Source of the DNA: Caldisericia bacterium
Lineage (GTDB): Bacteria; Caldisericota; Caldisericia; JAAYUI01
Length of the DNA stretch: 64,000 nucleotides
NCBI GenBank assembly: GCA_963674785.1
Contig: OY771555.1
Coordinates: 1,344,001 to 1,408,000 of the forward strand
Direction of reading: 5' to 3'
Part shown: positions 39,139 through 48,532 of the stretch, one piece after another
Layout of the letters: each line of letters opens with the position of its first letter
Numbering within the stretch: position 1 is the first letter of the stretch
Made by a program: the position numbers and the translations under genes
Notes under the pieces: generated by a model
Databases searched by the model: none
What the model was told of the DNA's origin: nothing
What the model saw: the letters and a program-made list of their open reading frames with translations, nothing else

Positions 39139-40113
39139 TTAGTCAAGAAGTCTTGTCTTCTTTGGTTTAGGTCTATTATTTTTCAAAGCTTCAAGTCTCT
39201 GGTCAACATCATCACTGTTAAGATTACCAGCCCTTTTGATGTTATCACCAATAGTTTTTGCAGCAGCCTGAACGGATTCCGCAGTTTGCTTGCCAATTTC
39301 TTGAGCTTTGCCTGATAAGAATTGACCATTAATCCAACCAAGAATTCTATCAAATATTTCAGGGTTTTGGGTGAAAATGCAAACAATAAATGAAATCACA
39401 TACGGGAGAGTCATGTAATCAAGTTTTGATGCAATTGCTGTTATATTGAAACCGGCAAAAATAATGAGTGCGAGAACAGCATATCCAACGATTTTTCTGA
39501 AACCAAGAAGAATTGCAGTTGTTGCAACAATCATAATGTAGCTTGTTATGCCGCCATCAAAGAAAGCTTTTTCATTGCCAATTATTAATCCGTAGAGAAT
39601 TGAAAAAATCCAAATATTCAAGATCATTACAATCCAACCAAGGAAATTTTTGGGTTTTTCAAACCATTTTCTCGCAATAAGAACAAGAACAACAATCAGA
39701 GCAATGATTGGACCAACAAAACCAGGAACAAAAAACTCTGTTTTCATTCCAAATGCCCACGCTAAAAATTTATCTATCCCAAGAATAGGTGTTAAACGAA
39801 CTTTTGGGATACGCCACACAGATGAGGAATATATAACAAACGCCTGAATAAGAATTATACCAATGTATCTCAAATATTGAGTTTTTGATGCTCTTTGTTT
39901 TATAAATGTGTAAAGATCGCGAACAATAAGTAGCCGTTCTGTTGCATTCGCTCTGGAGTATTTCTTCAGAAGATGTTCTCTGAATTCTAGAATATCTTCT
40001 TCTGTTGCCTCAAGAATATTCTCGTTTTTCGCTTTGAGAAACTCTTTGTACTCTTCTATTGCAAGCTTTGTTTGTGGTCTTTTTTCGATAAAAAGCTGTG
40101 TTGTTTCAGCCAT
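39139..40113 (-). CDS. Membrane protein with an N-terminal integrase core-binding (SAM-like) domain
   Basis: N-terminal 'TKLAIEEYKEFL...ILEATEEDILEFREHL...SRANATERLLIVRDLYTFI', about 6 TM helices, and a helical tail. Confidence 0.7.
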   Translation of the reverse strand: MAETTQLFIEKRPQTKLAIEEYKEFLKAKNENILEATEEDILEFREHLLKKYSRANATERLLIVRDLYTFIKQRASKTQYLRYIGIILIQAFVIYSSSVWRIPKVRLTPILGIDKFLAWAFGMKTEFFVPGFVGPIIALIVVLVLIARKWFEKPKNFLGWIVMILNIWIFSILYGLIIGNEKAFFDGGITSYIMIVATTAILLGFRKIVGYAVLALIIFAGFNITAIASKLDYMTLPYVISFIVCIFTQNPEIFDRILGWINGQFLSGKAQEIGKQTAESVQAAAKTIGDNIKRAGNLNSDDVDQRLEALKNNRPKPKKTRLLD

Positions 40114-40185
40114 GAATTTAATTCTATATTAAATATAACCTTCGTCAACTTGAAATGAAAGTTTATCTATCCAAACTGTAGGTCG

Positions 40186-40377
40186 TATAATACTATCGAT
40201 GATCAGGAGGAGTGTTGATAAACGCACTTCAGACTTCAGTTAGATATCGAATTGATGCGGGTTTGTCGCATCAGATTTCCCGTTTTAAGAAACTTGCTAA
40301 TCGAGTTTTAAGACTCAATAATCGTGTGGAAATGAAGGAAATGCCTTCACAGAAAAAATCCTAAAAGGAGTATTGAA
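40186..40377 (+). promoter_or_regulatory. -10 box and structured 5' leader (candidate atypical T-box)
   Basis: TATAAT at 40186 followed by about 180 nt with five hairpins, CCGTT...AAACTTG and GTGGAA elements. Confidence 0.5.
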
Positions 40378-41526
40378 ATGTCAAAGATGTACAAAAAGTT
40401 GCTGTTGGCACCAGGCCCAACTCCGTTACCACCAGAAGTAAAACTTGCTGGAGCATGGGACATTGAGCATCACAGAAACCCAGCTTCAAAAAAAGCTCTC
40501 AAGGTTTGTGTTGAGAATTTCCAGTGGTTGCTTGGAACAAAGCATGATGTTCATTTACTCGCATCATCTGGTTCAGGTGCAATGGAAACTGCATTTGTAA
40601 ATACAATCAGCCCAGGCGACAAAGTTATCATCGTGAACGCTGGTAACTTTGGAACAAGATGGCTCAAGATTGCAAAAACATACAAAGCAAACATTGTTGA
40701 ACTCAAGAAAACTTGGGACAAAGTTGTAACTCCTGAGGAACTCAAAAAAGCTCTTGATGAAAACCCAGACACAAAAGCAGTTTTCTGTCAGCTTTCAGAA
40801 ACCTCATCTGGCGCATGCAGCAACGTCAAAGAATTTGCAGAAATCGTTTCAAAAACAAATGCAATCATCGTTCTTGATGGTGTTTCAGGTGTAGGTGTTG
40901 TTCCACTCGATATGGATGATTGGAAAGTTGATGTAGTCGTGGGCGGTTCTCAAAAGGGTCTCATGCTTCCACCAGGACTTGGCTTTGTAGCAATAAACGA
41001 TAAAGCTTGGAAACTTGTTGAAGCCTGCACAACTCCAAGATTCTACTTCAATCTCATCGAATCAAAAAAACATATGGATAAAGGTACAATGACTCCATGG
41101 ACTTCTGCGATCACAATCGTCAATCAGGCAAATGTAGCCTTCGAGATGATGAAAGAAGAAGGTCGCGAGGAGATGTGGAACAGATTTAAAAAACTCGCAG
41201 CAGGTCTCAGACAAGCAGTCTTTGCACTTGGGCTTAAGCTCTGGCACGAATGCCCAGGTGACGCAGTAACTGCAGTTGCAATCCCAGAAAGCCTCAAAGA
41301 CGGAGTCAAAATTCCAGCAATCATGAGAGATGAATTTGGTGTGACAGTTGCTGGTGCACAGGGTGACTATAAGGGAAAATTCATCAGAATCGGTACCATG
41401 GGTGCAATGGACTTCTATGACGAACTCTGCTGTATCGCAGCACTTGAAAAAACACTCAAAAAACTCGGATGGGATTTCGAAGTTGGTGCTGGTGTTGCTG
41501 CATTCCAAAAAGCATTGATGGACTAA
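40378..41526 (+). CDS. Class V PLP aminotransferase (AGXT-like, probable phosphoserine aminotransferase role)
   Basis: APGPTP, SGSGAME, ETSSG, GSQKGLMLPPGL, RIGTMG; adjacent to serA. Confidence 0.9.
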   Translation: MSKMYKKLLLAPGPTPLPPEVKLAGAWDIEHHRNPASKKALKVCVENFQWLLGTKHDVHLLASSGSGAMETAFVNTISPGDKVIIVNAGNFGTRWLKIAKTYKANIVELKKTWDKVVTPEELKKALDENPDTKAVFCQLSETSSGACSNVKEFAEIVSKTNAIIVLDGVSGVGVVPLDMDDWKVDVVVGGSQKGLMLPPGLGFVAINDKAWKLVEACTTPRFYFNLIESKKHMDKGTMTPWTSAITIVNQANVAFEMMKEEGREEMWNRFKKLAAGLRQAVFALGLKLWHECPGDAVTAVAIPESLKDGVKIPAIMRDEFGVTVAGAQGDYKGKFIRIGTMGAMDFYDELCCIAALEKTLKKLGWDFEVGAGVAAFQKALMD

Positions 41527-41538
41527 GGAGTAGTCATC

Positions 41539-42447
41539 ATGGCAAAAATACTCGTAGCAGATGCAATTGCAAAAGAGGGAATAGAGCTTCTTAAAAAAGC
41601 CGGACATGATGTAGTCGTTGAAAGTTATGATGCGGATCAGCTCAAAGTTGAGATTCCAAAATATGACGGAGTCATAGTAAGATCAGCAACAAAAATTAGA
41701 GTACCACATATTGAAGCAGCAAAGAATCTCAAGATTATTGGTAGAGCCGGTGTCGGACTTGATAATATTGATGTAAAAGATGCCGAAAAAGCAGGTATCA
41801 AGGTTGTAAATACACCAGCCGCAACATCAATTTCTGTTGCAGAGCTTGCAATTGGGCATATGATTGCTGCAGCCAGATGGATTGGCCATGGTACAGCAAC
41901 AATGCGTGAAGGTAAGTGGGAAAAGAAAAACATGAAGGGTTCAGAGCTCTTCGGTAAAACTGTTGGTGTAATTGGAATGGGAAGAATCGGTCAGGAAACA
42001 GCCAAAAGACTTCTTGCCTTTGGTATGAAAGTTATTGCTTTTGACCCATACATCAAAGTTTCACCAATTGATGGCGTTGAGATGGTTGAAAAAGACAAAC
42101 TTGTAGCTGATTCAGATATCATCACGCTCCACATCCCACACACAGATGAGACCCATTATATCATTGATAAAGCAGACTTTGACAAGATGAAGGATGGAGT
42201 AATTCTTGTAAATTGTGCAAGAGGTGGTACAGTCTCAGAATCTGCGCTATATGATGCACTCAAGTCTGGAAAAGTCGGCTCAGCTGCAATTGATGTCTGG
42301 GAAACCGAACCAGTAAAAGATGTTCATAAGCTTTCAGAATTTCCAAATGTTGTAATGACGCCTCATGTTGGTGCGTCCGCAAATGAAGGTCAGACAAGAG
42401 CTGGTATCGAAGTAGCGGAGAAATTTATAGAATTTTTTAGAGGTTAG
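41539..42447 (+). CDS. serA: D-3-phosphoglycerate dehydrogenase, short form without an ACT domain
   Basis: VRSATK, GRAGVGLDNID, GMGRIG, NCARGG, TPHVGAS. Confidence 0.88.
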   Translation: MAKILVADAIAKEGIELLKKAGHDVVVESYDADQLKVEIPKYDGVIVRSATKIRVPHIEAAKNLKIIGRAGVGLDNIDVKDAEKAGIKVVNTPAATSISVAELAIGHMIAAARWIGHGTATMREGKWEKKNMKGSELFGKTVGVIGMGRIGQETAKRLLAFGMKVIAFDPYIKVSPIDGVEMVEKDKLVADSDIITLHIPHTDETHYIIDKADFDKMKDGVILVNCARGGTVSESALYDALKSGKVGSAAIDVWETEPVKDVHKLSEFPNVVMTPHVGASANEGQTRAGIEVAEKFIEFFRG

Positions 42448-42450
42448 TAT

Positions 42451-43791
42451 ATGGCAGAGATAAGACCGTTTAGAGGTGTACATTTCACAGAAAAAGCTGG
42501 TAATATTCAGGATTTGATTACCCAGCCATATGATAAGATTACACCTGAAATGCAGGAAGAGTATTACAAAAAATCAGAGAACAATTCGGTTAGATTTGTT
42601 CTTGGCAAAGATCTTCCTGGTGATAATGACAGTGTAAACAAATACACAAGAGCAAATGAGTTTTTCCAGAAATTGCTTTCCGAGGGCAACCTTGTTCAGG
42701 ACGACGAGAATACAATCTACGCATATGATCAGGACTATGTGAATCCTGATACTGGCGATGTTGTTACAAGAAAATGTTTCATTGGGGCAACAAAACTCCA
42801 CGAATACAGTGAGAATGTTGTTTATCCACATGAACATACTCTCTCTGGTCCAAAAGAAGACAGATTGAATCTTACAAGAGCAATGAAGGCAAATACTGGT
42901 CTTGTTTTGATGTTCTACAGGGATAATGAATTTCTTATACAGAAGATACTTGAAGAGCAGACAAAGTCAGCTCCACTTTTTGATGCTGTGGACCATTTCA
43001 ACACTCATCACAAGATTTGGAGAATCACCGACTCAGAAGTGATCAAAAAAATTCAGAACATCATGGAAGATAAAACCATGATAGTTTGTGATGGACATCA
43101 CAGATATGAAACAGCACTCAACTACAGAAATGAGATGAGAGCCAAGAATCCTGGATACACAGGCAAAGAAGCATGGAACTACAGAATGGTTGCATGTGCA
43201 AATACTGCTGACCCAAATCTTTATGTTTTCCCAACACACAGAGTTATCAGGAATGTGGCTGGATTCAATGGTGCTGAGCTTCTTGCAAAACTTGGCGAAA
43301 TCTTTGATATTGAAGAGATTACCCCAAAATGTTGTCCAGATTCAACAGTTCTTGAGCTTGCAACCAAGGTCAAAGCAGATGCAGAAAAGCACTCATTCGG
43401 GTTATATATCAATGGTAATGAGAAGATGTATAAACTCACACTCAAAAATGATGGCATTGCAGAGGCTCTTCCAGGTGATATGTCAAATGACTGGAAAAAG
43501 CTCGATGTAACAATTCTTCATAAGCTCATTCTTGAACCAATGTTCGGAATTGGTGAAAAAGAACTTGCAGCACAGACTAATGTTGATTATATCAGAAAAT
43601 ATGAAGATGCAGCAAAACTTGTTACAGATGGAACTCATCAGTGTGTTTTCTTCATGAATCCAACACTTACGCATCACGTTGAGGCAGTTTGCAAACACAA
43701 TGAAACAATGCCACAGAAATCAACTGACTACTTCCCAAAGGTACAGTCTGGTCTTGTCATTCAGTACATTCCAGATGGCGAAGAGATATAG
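42451..43791 (+). CDS. DUF1015 family protein
   Basis: IRPFRG, PYD, PHEHT, DGHHRYETA, PTHR, MPQKSTDYFPK. Confidence 0.92.
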   Translation: MAEIRPFRGVHFTEKAGNIQDLITQPYDKITPEMQEEYYKKSENNSVRFVLGKDLPGDNDSVNKYTRANEFFQKLLSEGNLVQDDENTIYAYDQDYVNPDTGDVVTRKCFIGATKLHEYSENVVYPHEHTLSGPKEDRLNLTRAMKANTGLVLMFYRDNEFLIQKILEEQTKSAPLFDAVDHFNTHHKIWRITDSEVIKKIQNIMEDKTMIVCDGHHRYETALNYRNEMRAKNPGYTGKEAWNYRMVACANTADPNLYVFPTHRVIRNVAGFNGAELLAKLGEIFDIEEITPKCCPDSTVLELATKVKADAEKHSFGLYINGNEKMYKLTLKNDGIAEALPGDMSNDWKKLDVTILHKLILEPMFGIGEKELAAQTNVDYIRKYEDAAKLVTDGTHQCVFFMNPTLTHHVEAVCKHNETMPQKSTDYFPKVQSGLVIQYIPDGEEI

Positions 43792-43817
43792 TTCAGTTTT
43801 TAAAAAATTAGAGGTTC

Positions 43818-43848
43818 AAATCCCCCTGCGTTAACAGGGGGATTTTTT
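43818..43848 (+). terminator. Intrinsic terminator
   Basis: AAATCCCCCTG / CAGGGGGATTT stem plus T-run. Confidence 0.9.
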
Positions 43849-43905
43849 ATTGATCTAATCAACATTTCCGATTGACAGCATTTAAAATCCTGTTAATATT
43901 CTGAT

Positions 43906-44919
43906 ATGAGAAAACATATCAGGAGTGTTGTTTCATCGATTCGTTCAAATCCATGGCAGTTTATTGGTGTATTTTTGATAACTCTAATACTGATCTATTT
44001 TATCTATATCACTTTTTACAGAATTTGCTATTTACCACCAGTTCAATTTGGGATAGTTATTCCGAATCCATCGATGCTTTTTTTACCAAGCGCTTTTGTG
44101 TTGCATGTTGGAGCAAACATTTTGAACATACTGTGGATTATTCTTGGGTTAGGAGTAGTGCTTGCCGTCGGTGCTTTTATTTCTGCTGGTTTTTTGCATT
44201 GTTTGGAGTTAACGGATAAAAAAGATGATTGGTTGAAGACATTTTTTGTTCAGGGAGCAAAAAGATTTCCCAAAACATTGCCGACATCAATTATAAATTT
44301 CTTGATCTTATTTGGGATCGTTGCACTTTTTGCACTTATTCCATATTTATTCCGACTCGATGTATCAGCACCTATTGTTGGTATCCTGCTTTTGGCTTCT
44401 GTTATTGTTTTATCAAACTTTTTTGTGTTCATGGTTTTTGAATCTGTGTTTTCAAAAAAATGTGTTACAAAGCTTATACCTGATGCATGCAACAAGGCTT
44501 TGAAAGTTTTTGGAAATCTGACAATTATATCGCTCATTATATGGATTCTTTTCACATCTATTATGATGATTTTTGGAATTTCAAAAATATATAATTGGAG
44601 TACTTTCTACTCACTTCTTGCTGTTGGTTCGTTGATTCATCTCCTTTCAATCGTATTTTTGTATTACCCGCTCTACAAGAATGCAACAGAATTACTAGGT
44701 GAAAAAATAGGAGAGCCAGAAAAAGTTGAATCACAAAAAACTGAAGAACCAGAAGAAAGAGTTCACAAAACAGAATACATTGGCAGTGACAATTACGTAT
44801 TCCATAAAACAACCTGCTTCCATGTAAAACAGATTGCACCTGGAACAGAGGATTATTTTGAAACCCGTGAAGAGGCAATTGAAAAAGGATATGAACCCTG
44901 CAAACATTGCAGACCATAA
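43906..44919 (+). CDS. Membrane protein with a C-terminal Ada-like metal-binding domain
   Basis: About 6 TM; C-terminal 'YIGS...FHKTTC...F.TREEAIEKGYEPCKHCRP'. Confidence 0.8.
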   Translation: MRKHIRSVVSSIRSNPWQFIGVFLITLILIYFIYITFYRICYLPPVQFGIVIPNPSMLFLPSAFVLHVGANILNILWIILGLGVVLAVGAFISAGFLHCLELTDKKDDWLKTFFVQGAKRFPKTLPTSIINFLILFGIVALFALIPYLFRLDVSAPIVGILLLASVIVLSNFFVFMVFESVFSKKCVTKLIPDACNKALKVFGNLTIISLIIWILFTSIMMIFGISKIYNWSTFYSLLAVGSLIHLLSIVFLYYPLYKNATELLGEKIGEPEKVESQKTEEPEERVHKTEYIGSDNYVFHKTTCFHVKQIAPGTEDYFETREEAIEKGYEPCKHCRP

Positions 44920-44928
44920 ATCATATTA

Positions 44929-46008
44929 ATGGGAGAAAAAATGCAAAAATATCTAAATAAAATAAACAGCAGAATTAAATCGAATCCATGGCAGTTTGTA
45001 TTGGTTTTTCTCATTGTATTACTACTCTCATCGCTATTTCATACTTTTGTAATCTCAATCAGATTTCTCGCACCAATCCAATTTGGATCAATAGTTCCAA
45101 ACATTGAATTTCTTGGCGCTGCTGGGTTGTTTTTATCCTATGGCTCGGTTCCAGAGTATCTACTTCTGTGTTTGGCGGTAGTGTTATCGATTGCCGTTGG
45201 TTCATTTCTGATTGCTGGTTATTTACCATGTTTGGATATGAGAGAAACTTGGGAAAAATCAAAAAGTTGGATTACTACTTTTTTTAATGAGGGTATTAAA
45301 AGATTTTTCAATGTTTTTGTAGTGTCAATTATAAACTATTTGATCCTTTATGTTCTTACAATGCTGTTGAGTTTTGCGATGACATTTATCGTCGTTGATG
45401 CGATTTTTGGGTCAAGCAGTTTTGGGTCGCTTATCTTTATTTTTTTGATAGTTGTAGTATTTGTTATTCTTTCTGTTTTCTTTGTTTTTATGCCGTATGA
45501 AGCAGTTTTTTCAAAGAAATCGACTGGTTCTGTTATTACAACAGCTCTCAAGAAGTCGTCAAAAGTCTTTGGAAGCTTGATTCTGGTGACTTTTTTGGTT
45601 TGGGTCTCTTACATTCTTATCTATTGGGCTTTTATTAGGACAGTGGTTTACACAACCCAATATATTGCAGTTCAGTTTTTCTTTGTTTCCTTTTTCGGAT
45701 TCCTTCTGACTGTTTTGGCAATGACCTTTTTCTATTTCCCTCTCTACAAAAAGGCATCTGCGATAGTTGATGGTGAATCTGTGCCTTTTGTTGAAGAGTC
45801 AGAAGAGACCCCACTCATAGCTTCGTCAACAACCACAGAACAAGAAAGAGTTCACAAAACAGAATATATTGGAAGCCACAACAATATCTTTCATAAAACA
45901 AACTGTTGGCATGTTGAACAGATTTTGTCTGGAACAGAAATCTATTTTGAATCAAGAGAAGAGGCAATCGAAAAAGGTTTTGAGCCCTGCAAACATTGTA
46001 ACCCTTAG
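44929..46008 (+). CDS. Paralogous membrane protein with a C-terminal Ada-like metal-binding domain
   Basis: SNPWQF, P.QFG..., 'FHKTNC...SREEAIEKGFEPCKHCNP'. Confidence 0.8.
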   Translation: MGEKMQKYLNKINSRIKSNPWQFVLVFLIVLLLSSLFHTFVISIRFLAPIQFGSIVPNIEFLGAAGLFLSYGSVPEYLLLCLAVVLSIAVGSFLIAGYLPCLDMRETWEKSKSWITTFFNEGIKRFFNVFVVSIINYLILYVLTMLLSFAMTFIVVDAIFGSSSFGSLIFIFLIVVVFVILSVFFVFMPYEAVFSKKSTGSVITTALKKSSKVFGSLILVTFLVWVSYILIYWAFIRTVVYTTQYIAVQFFFVSFFGFLLTVLAMTFFYFPLYKKASAIVDGESVPFVEESEETPLIASSTTTEQERVHKTEYIGSHNNIFHKTNCWHVEQILSGTEIYFESREEAIEKGFEPCKHCNP

Positions 46009-46009
46009 A

Positions 46010-46954
46010 TTAATCACATTTTCTAAGAATCTTGGGTAATTCCTCTTTCAGATATTTTTTTGGTTTAAAGCCGAGATATTTCTCGGCTTTACTTATATCG
46101 TATTCGTGAGAGTTGGCAAGAAGTGCAATAGTCATTTTTGATGCAAGTGGTTTTTTGCCGAACGCAAAGAAGGTGTTTATTCCCGCAAATCCTGAGGCAA
46201 TCCATATCGGGATTTTTATCCCTTTTTCACAGAGCCCGAGTGTTGAACATGCAACTTTTACAATATCTGATGCTTTCATTGGGTCAGGCCCTGCGATGTT
46301 AAATGTCATTCCATCAATCCCTACTTTTGTGCTTGCAGCAATGCAAGCATCTGATACATCATCAACATGCACAAGATGCCATATTTGCTCACCTGATCCG
46401 ATCATCCTGATTGGAGTTTTGAGGATTCCATTGATACTACTTGTATACCCCTCTTTTGGAGAATCTCCATAGATGGCGGTTGGCCTGACGGCAACGCATT
46501 CAATTCCAAGGTTTTTACAGGTCTCAAATGTGATCTTTTCTCCATCACGTTTTGAGTTTCCGTAACCAAGACCATCACCGAGTTTATCTTCCTCGGTGAT
46601 TGGTGAGTTTTTATGACCAAGACCAACTACAGATGTAGAACTGACCTGTACATACCTTTTTGCTCCGAGTTTATGGGCTGCTTCAACTAGTTTTTTTTGA
46701 AGATCAACATTGACGGACTTGAGTTTTTTATAACTCAAGTGATTTGAGATGTGACCAATGTTGTTGATGAAAACATCAATCTTTTCATCAAAACTGGAGA
46801 GAATATTTTCTTCAAATTTTTCAATTATTACTTTGCACCCAGGGATTTCTGTGTCTCTTCTGATAGGACAAATTACATCATGTCCCTGAGATACCAATTT
46901 CTTTGAAAGAGCATATCCGACAAGACCGGTTGCTCCGGTTACTAAAAATTTCAT
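46010..46954 (-). CDS. NAD-dependent epimerase/dehydratase (extended SDR)
   Basis: VTGATGLVG, YGNSK, RPTAIYG, VHVDDV. Confidence 0.92.
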   Translation of the reverse strand: MKFLVTGATGLVGYALSKKLVSQGHDVICPIRRDTEIPGCKVIIEKFEENILSSFDEKIDVFINNIGHISNHLSYKKLKSVNVDLQKKLVEAAHKLGAKRYVQVSSTSVVGLGHKNSPITEEDKLGDGLGYGNSKRDGEKITFETCKNLGIECVAVRPTAIYGDSPKEGYTSSINGILKTPIRMIGSGEQIWHLVHVDDVSDACIAASTKVGIDGMTFNIAGPDPMKASDIVKVACSTLGLCEKGIKIPIWIASGFAGINTFFAFGKKPLASKMTIALLANSHEYDISKAEKYLGFKPKKYLKEELPKILRKCD

Positions 46955-46975
46955 ATTATAAAAAAACCTTTCCTA

Positions 46976-47716
46976 TTATTTTTGGAATACGGATATTAGA
47001 TGTGTTGAGGAGTCAGGTCTGAATGGCGATCCATCAAGTTCTCCATACATGCTTATGGATGAATACTTTGATCTTGAGGCGAATCTTACGAGGTCTTCTT
47101 TTCTAAAGGCCATGATTTTATCTGTTACCTCAGTCATTTTCCATTCTCCAGCTCTTTCAAGCATAAGGATTGAGAGATTTGGGTCATCTTTATTCAAGTC
47201 AAATGCTTTTATGAACAACATGTTTTCATCGTTCGATTTTATCAATTCAAACCTTTTTTGTGACCTGGACATTAGCCTGTAGTTGAGGGTTTGTATGATT
47301 AATACACCGCCAACCTTTAAAACTGTTTTTGCATCTTTAAAAAAGTCTAATGCCTGGTTTTTATCCTCAAGCATTGAGATGATGTTTCCAAGCATCATTA
47401 CAGCGTCAAAAGGTTTTGCAGGATGCTTTGCTATGTCAAGCATTGTGAGTTGGTTGAAGGTTACGTATTCTTTTTCTAGGAGAGCGTTTTTCTTAGCTTT
47501 TTTAATCAGCCTGTCAGAATCATCCATTCCAAAAACATCAAAACCAAGCTTTGATAATCCTATCGCGTGCATTCCTGTTGCGCAGCCAACATCGAGAACT
47601 TTTTTTGCTTTGTTCATTATTAGAAGTTTTTTCAGGAAAGGTATCTCAGCGTTTAGCCTTCTGTCCCAATCAACAAAGCTATCGTACTTTTCGCCTAATT
47701 CATCATAAATACTCAT
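46976..47716 (-). CDS. Class I SAM-dependent methyltransferase
   Basis: VLDVGCATGMH, FDAVMMLGN, LKVGGVLII. Confidence 0.92.
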   Translation of the reverse strand: MSIYDELGEKYDSFVDWDRRLNAEIPFLKKLLIMNKAKKVLDVGCATGMHAIGLSKLGFDVFGMDDSDRLIKKAKKNALLEKEYVTFNQLTMLDIAKHPAKPFDAVMMLGNIISMLEDKNQALDFFKDAKTVLKVGGVLIIQTLNYRLMSRSQKRFELIKSNDENMLFIKAFDLNKDDPNLSILMLERAGEWKMTEVTDKIMAFRKEDLVRFASRSKYSSISMYGELDGSPFRPDSSTHLISVFQK

Positions 47717-47719
47717 TTT

Positions 47720-48532
47720 TTACTCTCCAAGTATTTGATTTAATTGGTCATGAATTTCTGTTCCGTTGGTTGCCAGTAGCTCTCCATTAAAAATATTATA
47801 ATCAGTATCACTTTTTATGTTTGTAATTTTTCCACCTGCTTCGGTAAGAATTAGAAATCCCGCTGCAACATCCCAGGGTTTTAGTTTTAATTCCCAATAT
47901 CCATCTAGCCTGCCACAGGCAACAAATGCCAGATCAAGTGCAGCTGACCCCAGTCTTCTTATTGCATGGGTCTGTTTGATTATCCTTGAGAAATAGTCGA
48001 TGTTATCGTGTTTGCTTGTTGCTTTGTCATATGGGAATCCGGTTGCAAGCATCGAAGTTATAAGATTGGAGTGATCAGATACACTAATTTTTTTGTCATT
48101 CAGGAATGCACCACAGTCTTTTTTTGCAACAAACAACTCATCAAAAAACGGTGCATAAATAATACCCAGTTTGGGTCGCATTTGATAATAGATACCGATT
48201 GAAACGCAGAATATTGGAAAGCCGTGGGAGTAGTTGGTTGTTCCATCAAGTGGGTCAACGATCCATGACCATCCATCACCGATGTCTGTTTTTGTGAATA
48301 CACCCTCTTCGGCAAGAATTTTATCATCTGGAAAATCTCTTTGAATGGATCCTACTATCATCTCCTGGGATTTGATATCAACCTCAGTAACCAAGTCAAT
48401 TGGACTTGATTTGGTGCTTATTTTTATCTCTTCTCCCAGTTTTGTAACCTGGTATCCACCAACTTTTTTTGCAGTATCTATTGCAAGTGAAAGTCGGTTA
48501 TCTGACTCAATGGTACTTTTTTCCGTGTTCAA
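47720..48532 (-). CDS. suhB: Inositol monophosphatase family protein
   Basis: DLVTEVD, WIVDPLDGTTNY, RRLGSAALD, WDVAAG; probable TTG start at 48532 overlapping the NUDIX stop. Confidence 0.9.
   Translation of the reverse strand: MNTEKSTIESDNRLSLAIDTAKKVGGYQVTKLGEEIKISTKSSPIDLVTEVDIKSQEMIVGSIQRDFPDDKILAEEGVFTKTDIGDGWSWIVDPLDGTTNYSHGFPIFCVSIGIYYQMRPKLGIIYAPFFDELFVAKKDCGAFLNDKKISVSDHSNLITSMLATGFPYDKATSKHDNIDYFSRIIKQTHAIRRLGSAALDLAFVACGRLDGYWELKLKPWDVAAGFLILTEAGGKITNIKSDTDYNIFNGELLATNGTEIHDQLNQILGE

Noticed and set aside
40196-40377. Glycine, ZTP or THF riboswitch
   Set aside because: Their core motifs (for example GGAGA...CCGAAG...CUCUCAGG for glycine) could not be found.
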